Shown piece by piece: positions 1-9,153 of a stretch of DNA of 64,000 nucleotides. The stretch lies in assembly GCA_963804995.1 (NCBI GenBank), contig CAWDSK010000006.1:832001-896000 (forward strand). Direction: 5' to 3'. Under the pieces are notes generated by a model. It saw only the letters and a program-made list of their open reading frames with translations. It searched no databases and was not told where the DNA came from. The position numbers and the translations under genes are program-made. Numbering within the stretch: the stretch's first letter is position 1; each line of letters starts with the position of its first letter. This DNA is from an uncultured Acidobacteriota bacterium (lineage in GTDB: Bacteria > Acidobacteriota > Terriglobia > UBA7540).

Positions 1-386
1 TTGAAGTCCAGCGGGCCATAGCGGAGTACCTCCCGTCCCCACAAGTTAGTCCTGCCGCCCACGGCCCGCAACCGTGTCCAGGTGAACTTGGCGCCGGGAG
101 CGAGCGCGTAAGGATCTTCCTCCGGGATCGTATAGAGGTGGTCGGTCCATTCTTTGATTTTCCACTCCATGCCCAAAGGAACCTTGCCGTATTGCCCCGG
201 CTTTCCATTGCCCCGGTATGGCCACTCGAATGAAAACTTGTGCGTGTAGAAGTCCTTGGCAGGATCCAGCATGCGGCCAGCTTCAAGGCACAGAACGTTA
301 AGTCCCTTTGTCGCCAGGACGTAGGCCGCGATCCCTCCTGCGGCGCCAGATCCCACCACGATCGCATCGTAAACTGGTTCTGCCAT
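1..386 (-). CDS. GMC-family FAD oxidoreductase, N-terminal part (runs off the window; not in ORF track)
   Basis: Manual translation MAEPVYDAIVVGSGAAGGIAAYVLATKGLNVLCLEAGR (GxGxxG FAD motif), later RLRAVGGRTNLWGR; GGAG RBS upstream. Confidence 0.85.
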   Translation of the reverse strand, partial: MAEPVYDAIVVGSGAAGGIAAYVLATKGLNVLCLEAGRMLDPAKDFYTHKFSFEWPYRGNGKPGQYGKVPLGMEWKIKEWTDHLYTIPEEDPYALAPGAKFTWTRLRAVGGRTNLWGREVLRYGPLDF

Positions 387-428
387 CGGAATCTCCTGTA
401 CTTCCTGGCGAGCCGACGCACGATGGCG

Positions 429-2341
429 GTTGCGGTAGGGATACCGGTTACCCGGTACCCCCCGCACGGATCCGTACGTGCGCTGGTTAGCGCATACGGC
501 TCTTATCTCGGATGTGTGGCGGCGAACCGTTGGGATGGCCAAGGATGCACAACGTGCGGAGCAGGCAACCAGCAGGCCGCAAGCTTCCCCAGTCGGTCCC
601 AGTTGAGGCGGTGGCGTTGACTGCGTTGACGCAGTTGCGTTCGCCACAGTCGGGTCAACCGTTCCCGAAAGATTCGCAGGCGGTCGAGGTTTCCCGGTAC
701 CGCGTGATAGTTGAAGTAGCCTTGCACGACCGACCGGAGCCATTTACCCGTATCCGCGATGGGATCGTGCCGACGCTGCCGGAGTTGTTGCTTGAGTTCC
801 TGCAACTTCCCCCGCAGGCGCTTGCTGATCGTCTTCCGCTTCACGGTAAATTGCCCCCTCCGGTTCTTCCCGCTGATATGCGTGAAGCCCAGAAAGTCGA
901 ACGTCTCCGGCTTACCTTCTCCTCTCCGTTTCCGGTAAAGTTCGGCAAACGGCCCGAACTCGATCCGGCGCGTTTTGTCAGGATGCAGTTCCAATCCAAA
1001 CTTCCCCACCCGCTCCCGGAAATCCTCCAGAAAGCGGTCGGCTTCCGTCTGCGATTGGAATCCAAGGACCGTATCGTCGGCATACCGCACCACGACCACG
1101 TCTCCCCGGGCGTGCTTCTTGCGCCACGCCTGCACCCACAGGTCAAAGACGTAGTGCAGATAGATATTCGCCAGCAGGGGCGAGACCACCGCCCCTTGTG
1201 GCGTACCCATCTCCGTCTCCGACCATTCGCCTTCCTCCCTCACCCCGGCTTTCAGCCATTTCTGGATGAGCCGGAGAATCCGGGGGTCGGCGACGCGATG
1301 CTGCACGAACTTGAGCATCCATTCGTGGGATATCGAATCGAAAAATCCACGAATGTCCGCGTCAAGAACGTAGTTCACGTGCTTCACCGTGAGCGCGTAC
1401 GAGAGCGCGTCCAGCGCTTGATGCTGGCTGCGTCCCGGTCGAAAGCCATACGAGAAGCCCAGAAAGTCTTCCTCGTAAATCGCCTTGAGGATGGTGACCA
1501 CGGCCTGTTGGACGATCTTGTCCTCCAGTGCCGCAACCCCCAACGGACGTTGCCGCCCGTCGCCTTTCGGGATATACGCCCTTCGCGAGGGCTTCGCTCG
1601 GAATGCTCCACGGTGGACCCGGCTGTGCAGATCGACGAGTCGACCTTCCAGCCCGCTTTCATACTCCTGCCACGTCATGCCGTCTACTCCCGGTGCAGCT
1701 TTTCGCTTCAAGGCGTAAAAGCTTTCCCGCAGCAGATCGACCGTTAAGTGGTGGAGCAAGGCCGTGAACTTCATCTCCCTGTGTTCCTTCGCGGCTTTCC
1801 GCACACCCGCGAGTCCCTGGGACACGCGTGCCCCGCTCTGTGTCGGGTGCGTGTTAGGCCAACGGGTGTTCTCCTTGATCAGCGGCCTTCCCTCCTCATT
1901 CTCCGCCAACGGCTTCCCGTCTTTGTTCAAATGATTCATCGGTACTGTTCCGCTGTCCGACTCCTCGAGAGCGTGCAGGCGGGCTGTACGGCCATCGCCT
2001 TTTCCCGCCGTCCGGCCACGATCTACGGCGGCCGGCGCCTCCGAGGTCTCCCGGTTCTCGTGCAGAAAGTGTCTAGGCGTGTCTGGGGTCTACGACTACG
2101 CAGGACTGTGCCGGAACTCGCGTTGGCGTCCCGGCCTCATGTTGCCTTCCGTTTAGTCTGAAAACGTCGGCGTCCTGATTGGACATTTTCGAAGCTCAAT
2201 ACCCAGCCCACCTATTCCCCTGTTTACGCTTCACCGTGCGCCTCACGACGCCCAGCGCAAAACTCGGGGCCGAGTGGATCGCTACTCCTTCCTCGTGAGA
2301 AATTTTCATTCTCTGCTTTCTGCCGGTTTATCCCGGCGCAC
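429..2341 (-). mobile_element. Complete group II intron (RT/maturase-encoding, no endonuclease domain)
   Basis: 5' end GTGCG at 2341; domain V GAGCCGTATGCG...CGCACGTACGGATC and domain VI ending CCCTACCGCAAC at 429; EBS1 CAGACT (2160-2155) pairs with 5' exon GGTCTG. Confidence 0.93.
503..1939 (-). CDS. ltrA: Group II intron reverse transcriptase/maturase
   Basis: RT motifs APGVDG, RPLG, GFRPGRS, GTPQG, YADD, FDFLGF; X/maturase domain; stop abuts domain V. Confidence 0.96.
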   Translation of the reverse strand: MNHLNKDGKPLAENEEGRPLIKENTRWPNTHPTQSGARVSQGLAGVRKAAKEHREMKFTALLHHLTVDLLRESFYALKRKAAPGVDGMTWQEYESGLEGRLVDLHSRVHRGAFRAKPSRRAYIPKGDGRQRPLGVAALEDKIVQQAVVTILKAIYEEDFLGFSYGFRPGRSQHQALDALSYALTVKHVNYVLDADIRGFFDSISHEWMLKFVQHRVADPRILRLIQKWLKAGVREEGEWSETEMGTPQGAVVSPLLANIYLHYVFDLWVQAWRKKHARGDVVVVRYADDTVLGFQSQTEADRFLEDFRERVGKFGLELHPDKTRRIEFGPFAELYRKRRGEGKPETFDFLGFTHISGKNRRGQFTVKRKTISKRLRGKLQELKQQLRQRRHDPIADTGKWLRSVVQGYFNYHAVPGNLDRLRIFRERLTRLWRTQLRQRSQRHRLNWDRLGKLAACWLPAPHVVHPWPSQRFAATHPR

Positions 2342-2433
2342 CAGACCCATGTACTTGGAGGTCTGTGCCTCTGGACGAGCTCCCAAAGTCCCTTTGGGAG
2401 CGCAGGCCTCCCAGGGTAGGGGTCTGCGCCATC
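2342..2433. repeat. REP-like inverted doublet (one arm split by the intron)
   Basis: 422-428 joined to 2342-2369 gives GATGGCGCAGACCCATGTACTTGGAGGTCTGTGC; reverse complement of 2400-2433 is GATGGCGCAGACCCCTACCCTGGGAGGCCTGCGC. Confidence 0.7.
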
Positions 2434-2443
2434 CACGCTATGA

Positions 2444-3286
2444 TCAGCTTTTCATGAGCTTTTGCGGACCGCAAGGCCGTAAGAAACAGACCACTCCCCC
2501 CAACGCCTCACCTGATCGGCGAATCACTGAAGTCCCTAATTGAAGGAGCCGCTGCATATTCCCGCCCATAGCCTTGGCTACCTGCTGAGGTGGCAGCTTG
2601 AGCAGTTTGAACGCGTACAATTCCACACGCGCGTCGTGCTCGGGTGCAAACGACCCAAACACGATCTGCTCCACGGGAAGGTCTTGCGCGGCCATTTCGA
2701 GGTATTGAAGACCATCGAGCCCCGAAGCCTCAAGATGGATATTGCTATGCCGCTTCGCGAGAGCGATCGCCTCAAGATGGGCCCCCCAGGGACTGCTTCT
2801 GTAAGCGCCCAGATGCGGCAGGATAAAATTCACGGATGGATAGGTCGCGGCCATGAGGTGATACATCCTGGTCAACTCGGAGCGCCGATTGGGCACGGGG
2901 TAGTAAATTACGGGTATGCCCAACTCGGCCACTACGTCTAAGATCTCGCGGGTGGGATGCCCATCCGTCTTCAGCCCCTTGAGTCCTCTCAACCGCACAT
3001 CTTCGCTGAGTACATCCTTCAAGTGGCCTGCCTCTTTCTGCGGGTTGTGCACGGCAAATCCAATCAACTTACCCGGATGCTTTTCACAAAGACGCGCTAC
3101 GTCTTTGTTCGCCTGCGCGTAGGAATCGTTCCGGGGAGCCATGATGCAAGTGCGGTCGATGCTAGCCTCAGCAGCACGAGCCAGTATCACTTCCACCTGA
3201 TAGTCCACTGGCCTCTCGGGCTCGATCCATGTCGCTCCCTGCCCTACCTGGGCGTGGCAGTCAACTATGAGGGCTTGGTCTCCCAT
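2444..3286 (-). CDS. Amidohydrolase_2-family protein with degenerate metal ligands
   Basis: IVDCHAQ, LPHLG, VFGSF; paralog of the upstream gene. Confidence 0.85.
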   Translation of the reverse strand: MGDQALIVDCHAQVGQGATWIEPERPVDYQVEVILARAAEASIDRTCIMAPRNDSYAQANKDVARLCEKHPGKLIGFAVHNPQKEAGHLKDVLSEDVRLRGLKGLKTDGHPTREILDVVAELGIPVIYYPVPNRRSELTRMYHLMAATYPSVNFILPHLGAYRSSPWGAHLEAIALAKRHSNIHLEASGLDGLQYLEMAAQDLPVEQIVFGSFAPEHDARVELYAFKLLKLPPQQVAKAMGGNMQRLLQLGTSVIRRSGEALGGVVCFLRPCGPQKLMKS

Positions 3287-3298
3287 TCTCGCTCCATC

Positions 3299-4183
3299 CT
3301 ATAAACGGCCTCCGAGAAGGCGCAATATGTTGCCGCCCAAGATCAGCTCCTCCTTTTCTTTCGGCAGATTTTGAACCCGGATTTTATAGACCTCCATACG
3401 GGAGTCAACGTCTGCCCCATCCGATCCAAAGAGGATCTTTTCCGCCGGAAGCTCTTGAAGGGCCTTTTCGAGAAAAGGCGTAATAATCACGGTCGAGGTT
3501 TCGATGTACACGTTCGGGTAACACTTCGTCAGTTGGATACCTGCTAAGTGCTCGCGCCAGTCTCCGGAGTCATCGCTCCCCAAATGACACAAAATGAAAT
3601 TGACTTCGGGATAGTTCGGCACGAAATCTTCGTAAAGGGCCACCCGTTCTGGGTGGTAGAGGAGGGGGATCCCCAACTCCTTTAATGTATCCAGCATCTC
3701 GCGGCTCGGTTCCTCGTGGAGTTCGCCCAGCCCCCTCAATCCCAGATCATGCACCTCGTGAAACATCAAGGAACGAATCCGCCCGCTTTCGCGTTCGGGA
3801 TGATGCCGCGCAAAACCGATGAACTTTCCTGGATAGCGCCGGCAGATCTGGGCGATTTCCTCATTGGCTTCTTCGTAAGTCCAGTTCTCGACAGGAAATA
3901 TGACGCTTACATCAATGCCGACTTCCTCCATATGCCGCAGGGTCAACTCCGGGTCATTGAAGGTGTACCAAGGGTCAGTGAGATCCTCCGAGTTCCCCGC
4001 CATCCTTGCCACACCGGCATGGACATGACAATCAATCACGGGCACCTTCTTTGGCGTTTTGAGTGGAGACGTGGCTGAGGACGCCCCAGCCACTGGTTGA
4101 AACCGGGCAGCGAGAGGGGCGGCGAGCAGCCCGCCACCGGTCTTGATAAATCTTCTTCTCGAAGCATTAAATTTCTTAGTCAT
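3299..4183 (-). CDS. Amidohydrolase_2-family protein, Tat-exported
   Basis: SRRRFIK Tat motif; IDCHVH, LCHLG, LFGSD motifs. Confidence 0.9.
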   Translation of the reverse strand: MTKKFNASRRRFIKTGGGLLAAPLAARFQPVAGASSATSPLKTPKKVPVIDCHVHAGVARMAGNSEDLTDPWYTFNDPELTLRHMEEVGIDVSVIFPVENWTYEEANEEIAQICRRYPGKFIGFARHHPERESGRIRSLMFHEVHDLGLRGLGELHEEPSREMLDTLKELGIPLLYHPERVALYEDFVPNYPEVNFILCHLGSDDSGDWREHLAGIQLTKCYPNVYIETSTVIITPFLEKALQELPAEKILFGSDGADVDSRMEVYKIRVQNLPKEKEELILGGNILRLLGGRL

Positions 4184-4409
4184 GGCACGCGTTTCCTCTC
4201 CCCTCTTTAGCCACGTTCCGTTTAAGTGAAGGCATGCGTGGGCATCCTGAAGAGACGCACATAAGGCTCGTGTTTTGGCAGATCGCTGAAAAGCACCTAG
4301 GCCTTCTTCGCAGCTGCCACCTGGGCGCCGTTACTATCTTGCGTCTTAGGTACTGGGTTGAAGTCCGCCTCTACGAATGGCGTCTAGATCCGGGTTGTAC
4401 CGCGACCCG

Positions 4410-7400
4410 TTAGAATATTACTTTGAGGGCGACCTGACCGATTCGAGGGTCACGCGCCCCAGTAACCAAGCCAAACGCACTGTTGGTAATACTGCCGACG
4501 GGATTCAGGAACTGAGCATGGTCAAAGATATTGAAGAACTCCCCGCGAAACTGTAAAGCGAACCGCTCGGTCAACCTTAAGTCCTTTAGCAGGGCCAGGT
4601 CAAAATTGTTGATCCCAGGACCATGGAAGAACATTCGGTTGGATGTGCCGATTTGGCCCAGAGCACCGCGGCTGAAAAGCTGAGTGTTGAAATATGGAAG
4701 GCCTGCGCGCGGATCGGTGAAGTGCAGATCGCCAGGCGTATAATTCGGGGTATCGACCGCTCTGCCCACGCCGGCTCCCGTGCTGCCCAGAAGCGAACGA
4801 TCGTCCCCCTCACTGAGCCGCACCGGAAAACCCGTCCCAAAATGGGTAACTCCCGCCAGGCGCCAGCCCGCAGTGAGGCGAGGCCGTGCGTTGTGGGCAA
4901 GTTGGTCGAAGGGAAGCATGTAGTTGTAGCTAAACACAAAGTTGTGGGTCATGTCGAAGCCGGAGAGAGCTTTTGAAAGCCGCTGGTTTATCGGATTTAT
5001 GCCATCGTCATTAATGGACGATGCATTGTCCAGCGACTTGCTGTAAGTGTATCCGGCCAGAAACGACAGCCGGCCCGTGGTGTGGCGGAGACTCGCTTGC
5101 AGAGAATTATAGGTGGAGTTTCCAATGGTCACAGCATTAGCATCGTCGGCGAAGAGGGGCCCGAACGGAGCGCGAGTGCCGTTGACGATGGTCCCATCCG
5201 GCCGCGTATAAACTCCGCTTTCCCCGAAGGGGCCGCACGTCGGTGTGCCGGGCGCCACTTCCGAAGGGTCGCTCAAGCTTAGGCAAAGTTGTTGATTTCC
5301 AGGGTTCACCATCTGATTAGTCAACAGTGCATGGGCCTGGCTGCCCACGTAAGCCAATGTAAGTAGATCGTTATTTCCGATCTGCCGCTGCAGCGTGAAA
5401 TGATAGCTTTCCGTGTAGGGCGTGCGGTTGTTTATCGAAATGCCGGGGATGCCGCCCACCGGTATTATGTGTGACCAGTCAAAATTCTTACCGCCCGTTA
5501 GGGCCGGATAAAACGGGTACACGTTCGGGCGAATGTTGCCAGTTGCCCTGTCAGTGAGGGGCGCCTCAAATAAAGGAGGAACCGGCGAAGTGTAAGAGAG
5601 AATATAGGGGGGCTCGGGATCGACATTGTACGTATTCATCCCCTCAATAGTTTGATAGAAGAGGCCCCAGGCGGTTCGAATGCTCGTCTTCCCAGGTCCG
5701 CCCAGTAACCGCCCTAGAAAGCCACCCCCAGCCGAGGGGGAGTAAGAAATTCCGATGCGGGGCGCAAAGTTGTTGTAGGGAGTCCGTGCGCTGCCGCGGG
5801 GTATTTTACCGTACCCCGGAACATTATCACCCGCAAAGACGATCCCTGCTGGGGCGTTAGGAAAGACAGTAGATTGGACACCGGCGACAAAGTTAGTTCT
5901 CTGGTTGAACCTCTCGTACCAGGGTTGGTTCAGTTCCCAGCGCAGTCCGTAGTTGAGGGTAACATTGGTTCGCACACGCCAGCTATCCTGTGCATAGGTT
6001 CCCACATATGTCTTGCGCTCGTCAGTATTTAAGGCGCTCTGCGTTGAGTAAGGGTCCATGGCGCCGATCAAATAGTCGGCAAAGTTGTTTCCGGTCTCGG
6101 CTCCTGAGAACCCCCACCAGCCGTTTCCGCCCGCCACCGGGGTGATGGCAACGAAGTTGGTGTAATGCCATTCGCCGCCAAGCTTGAGAGTATGCGTCCC
6201 CATTATCTTGGAAAAGTTATCCAGTGCCTGAGGAAGAGTTTCAAAGCGGTTATAATCCCAATTAGGAGCTCCAATCCCGACGTTGCCAATATTCATTGAC
6301 GGAAGCGCCTCATATCGAGAATCCGCCACATTCACGCCTCCGGGCACGCCTTCCTTGAAGCCGTAGTCACTAAGCTTTATGCCCCACTCCCCCGACTGTG
6401 CGGGTTTGCCGTGGCTGTCCGGAAAACGCAGAACGCTGAGGCGTAACTCGTTCACCGATGTAGGCGCGGATCGGGTATAGCCTAGCAGCAGGTGCTGAAT
6501 GTGGCCACTATTCGCGGTAGGCAAGCCGGGTACATCGCTGACCCCGAAAGGATTGAGTTGGCTAAAATCCCGAAAAGTGTAGTATGCCGTCATCATTCCC
6601 CATTGGCTATTCCAGTCCAGTCGCACACCTCCCAGGTCATCGCGTGTGCGTTGGATGTTCGCCGAGGACGTCCAGTACGGGCCCACGGTGGGCATGGGAA
6701 CAAACTGGAGAAGGGAGATGCTGGGAGCAGTAAATGCGCTTTTGGGAATGATACCATTCGGGAAAGCGCACTGGGAGGAGGTCGTACACCCCGGAATCCA
6801 GTATGGCTCGTTCGTTGCTACAGCGTAACCGAGTCTCTGCGAAAGGAGACTGGCGAAGTAGGTGCCGTTAACACTGCCCGAGAAGATGCTGGTAAGGTCG
6901 TCTCCCGAGAAGTCTCCATTCCGCTCGGCTGGCGAAGGAACCAGGAGTATGCCTGAGCTTAAGCCATGCTGCTCTCGGGTTCCCTGGTAATCCGCAAAAA
7001 AGAATAGCTTATCGCGCCGAATGGGCCCCCCTAGTGTCCCACCAAATTGGTTTCTTCGAAACACACCCCGCGCTGTGCCAGGAACCTCCGCCCCGGTGAC
7101 TGGATCGTTGCTGTTGTAATCATAGAAGTTCCGGGAGTCCAGTTTGTCGTTCCGCAGGAACTCGAAGCCGTCACCGTGGAAAGCGTTGGTGCCGGATTTG
7201 GTGACCACATTGATCATCCCGCCACTGTAATGACCATACTCCGCGTCAAAATCGCTGGTGATTAGTCGGAACTCAGCGATCGAGTCCAGATTTGGTACGA
7301 CACCGGCTTGGTTGTTGAGTGTTTCCTCAACGTTACCGCCATTCACCTGGAATCCGTTGTTGGACTCGCGCTGGCCGCTGATGGAAACGTTACCACCCTC

Positions 7401-7949
7401 AGTGGTGCCCTTTGTATCTCCTCCCCAATACATTGTCCCGGCCTCGACGGGGACGACCCCCGGCTGAAGACCCAGCAGATTGGTGAAGGTGCGCCCATTA
7501 AGGGGTAAGGTCTCCATGGTCGTGCTGCCGATAACGTCTCCGAGTTGCGTACTGGTGGTTTCCACGTGGGCCGCACTTGTGGTCACCTCAACCCGCTGGG
7601 TCATCTGACCCAGCCTAAGGGCGACGTTTATGCGCAAAGCATCGTTGGCATTCAATATGATCTCGGTCTGCTCGTAAGTCTCAAAACCTGTGAGTGCCAC
7701 TTGCATGCGATATCGGCCGACCGGCAGCGCTAAAAATGAATACGCTCCTAAGCTATCGGTGCGCACGCGTTGGGTGATGTTCGTATTCACCTCGACGACG
7801 GTGACTTCCGCATTGGGCACTGCTGCTCCCGTCGGGTCTGTTACGATACCTGATATCGATCCGGTTATGCTGGCTCGCGCAATGGATGGGAAAATCAAGA
7901 ATCCCATGAGCAAAGCAGGTAAGAGAGAAGCTATCGGTCGGCGGAGCAT
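4410..7949 (-). CDS. TonB-dependent receptor, Oar-like, with N-terminal carboxypeptidase-regulatory-like domain
   Basis: Signal peptide; GSISGIVTDPTGA, LPLNGR, TKSGTN, QFGGTLGGPI; C-terminal PRIGQVALKVIF; start placed at the ATG after a GGAGG RBS. Confidence 0.93.
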   Translation of the reverse strand: MLRRPIASLLPALLMGFLIFPSIARASITGSISGIVTDPTGAAVPNAEVTVVEVNTNITQRVRTDSLGAYSFLALPVGRYRMQVALTGFETYEQTEIILNANDALRINVALRLGQMTQRVEVTTSAAHVETTSTQLGDVIGSTTMETLPLNGRTFTNLLGLQPGVVPVEAGTMYWGGDTKGTTEGGNVSISGQRESNNGFQVNGGNVEETLNNQAGVVPNLDSIAEFRLITSDFDAEYGHYSGGMINVVTKSGTNAFHGDGFEFLRNDKLDSRNFYDYNSNDPVTGAEVPGTARGVFRRNQFGGTLGGPIRRDKLFFFADYQGTREQHGLSSGILLVPSPAERNGDFSGDDLTSIFSGSVNGTYFASLLSQRLGYAVATNEPYWIPGCTTSSQCAFPNGIIPKSAFTAPSISLLQFVPMPTVGPYWTSSANIQRTRDDLGGVRLDWNSQWGMMTAYYTFRDFSQLNPFGVSDVPGLPTANSGHIQHLLLGYTRSAPTSVNELRLSVLRFPDSHGKPAQSGEWGIKLSDYGFKEGVPGGVNVADSRYEALPSMNIGNVGIGAPNWDYNRFETLPQALDNFSKIMGTHTLKLGGEWHYTNFVAITPVAGGNGWWGFSGAETGNNFADYLIGAMDPYSTQSALNTDERKTYVGTYAQDSWRVRTNVTLNYGLRWELNQPWYERFNQRTNFVAGVQSTVFPNAPAGIVFAGDNVPGYGKIPRGSARTPYNNFAPRIGISYSPSAGGGFLGRLLGGPGKTSIRTAWGLFYQTIEGMNTYNVDPEPPYILSYTSPVPPLFEAPLTDRATGNIRPNVYPFYPALTGGKNFDWSHIIPVGGIPGISINNRTPYTESYHFTLQRQIGNNDLLTLAYVGSQAHALLTNQMVNPGNQQLCLSLSDPSEVAPGTPTCGPFGESGVYTRPDGTIVNGTRAPFGPLFADDANAVTIGNSTYNSLQASLRHTTGRLSFLAGYTYSKSLDNASSINDDGINPINQRLSKALSGFDMTHNFVFSYNYMLPFDQLAHNARPRLTAGWRLAGVTHFGTGFPVRLSEGDDRSLLGSTGAGVGRAVDTPNYTPGDLHFTDPRAGLPYFNTQLFSRGALGQIGTSNRMFFHGPGINNFDLALLKDLRLTERFALQFRGEFFNIFDHAQFLNPVGSITNSAFGLVTGARDPRIGQVALKVIF

Positions 7950-8052
7950 GTTGGCCACCTCCCAGGAAGATTTTGCGGGTGTATATACCTTTTATTGTGC
8001 CTTGTCAAGGTGTTTTCTGCCTTGTCGCGATTTTGACGTCATTTTGTCCTGC

Positions 8053-8366
8053 TGTGTCTCGCCAAAATCTCATCCGCGCAGGGAATGGCGCGAGTCGCTT
8101 TGTGCCTCGGATTGAAAAGAGAACCTGGACTCGGTTAAGAGTTGCTTTGAGGAGCGCGAAGGTTCTCTTTAGGCGAAGACCTGGGCAGATGCGGCGTACT
8201 TATATAAGAATGGGCGAAAAGTTGGCCCGGATCAGGCAGCCCGATCGTAACGATGATGCAGCCCGCCAAGTCGATCCTGAGATAGGATGCGCCCCGAGGC
8301 TGTGGAGCGAATTCTGTGGTCGGGGGTTCCCTTCCTCAACCCAAGGTGCGTGCGGTCTTCGTGGTA
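8053..8366 (-). mobile_element. Right end of IS481-like (rve integrase) element, truncated by LSR element
   Basis: Terminal TGTGTCTCGCCAAAATCTC (same as 31132); minus-strand translation YHEDRTHLGLRKGTP...RLGGLHHRYDRAA*. Confidence 0.8.
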
Positions 8367-8708
8367 CAACTCGACAACTCAACACCCATAGTACTGAATC
8401 TCGAGAAGTCTTTTACCCGTGGCATCCGTGGTACGGTCGTTCGGTCTGGACTTATGAAACTCTCGTCAAGAATAGGCAAGCGGTATATCGGTGCGGCATC
8501 GAGGAGAGCCCGGATGCTCGGTGCTTGGACGTGCCGCAATGGATGTTTGATTCTGCAACCTGCTGTCGGATGCGTAAGATGGCAGTTCCCACGGTGTCCT
8601 GCGAAGCATTGCTGGATTTGAAGGACCTGCTTCGAGGTGCCCCCCAGGTCAGCCCAGAGGTTGTGCTACAAGCTCAGCATCATTCCTTGCTAGTCCCAGG
8701 AGGTGCTG

Positions 8709-8900
8709 ATGCGAACGTCAGAGAGCCGACCGACAGCCAATCAATTCAAATTGTTTCATCCGCCCCACCTGAGTCCGTCCTGGCAGAGACTGCCTCAGGA
8801 AATCCAGCAGAAGACCCTGAAGCTGCTGGCGCAACTGCTGCGCGAGCACTTAAGCCCGGTCCTCGCCTCCGGCCATCAGAAGGAGGCGCGGAATGAGTGA
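8709..8900 (+). CDS. Small accessory protein of LSR element
   Basis: GGAGG RBS; PSWQRLPQEIQQKTLKLLAQLL; overlaps the recombinase start. Confidence 0.6.
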   Translation: MRTSESRPTANQFKLFHPPHLSPSWQRLPQEIQQKTLKLLAQLLREHLSPVLASGHQKEARNE

Positions 8901-9153
8901 CAAGATCAAAACGCAGCATCTGGAACGCAAGGCGATCCTGTATGTTCGTCAGTCGTCGGCTTATCAGGTCAGCCATAACCTGGAAAGCCAGAAGTTACAG
9001 TATGCCATGCAGGAACGCCTCGAACAGCTGGGCTGGCGCGAAATCGAAGTGGTGGATGAAGACCTCGGCCGGTCCGCGGCCGGGACGGTGACGCGCGCCG
9101 GTTTCGAACGCATGGTGGCGGAGGTGTGTTTGGGCAAGGTCGGAGCGGTGGCC
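8893..9153 (+). pseudogene. Large serine recombinase, N-terminal fragment
   Basis: AILYVRQSS catalytic motif, DEDLGRSA, RAGFERMVAEVCLGKVGAV; truncated at IS terminal TGT. Confidence 0.9.

Larger units (their letters stand above)
8367..9153 (+). mobile_element. Large-serine-recombinase element, 5' part only (startless small ORF, small ORF, truncated recombinase)
   Basis: End motif CAACTCAACACCCATAG resembles CAACTACACACCATAG of the 50.5-53.9 kb element; startless ORF REVFYPWHPWYGR...PQWMFD; cut by the IS end at 9154. Confidence 0.75.

Noticed and set aside
512..1747. 411-aa plus-strand ORF and similar long antisense ORFs (e.g. 26460-27548, 13124-13903)
   Set aside because: Antisense shadows of well-supported genes
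503..1939. Retron, DGR or defence reverse transcriptase
   Set aside because: Flanked by canonical group II intron ends with domains V/VI and carries a maturase domain
7973..8896. 307-aa ORF as a single gene
   Set aside because: Chimeric: crosses the TonB promoter region, an antisense IS end and the LSR element boundary
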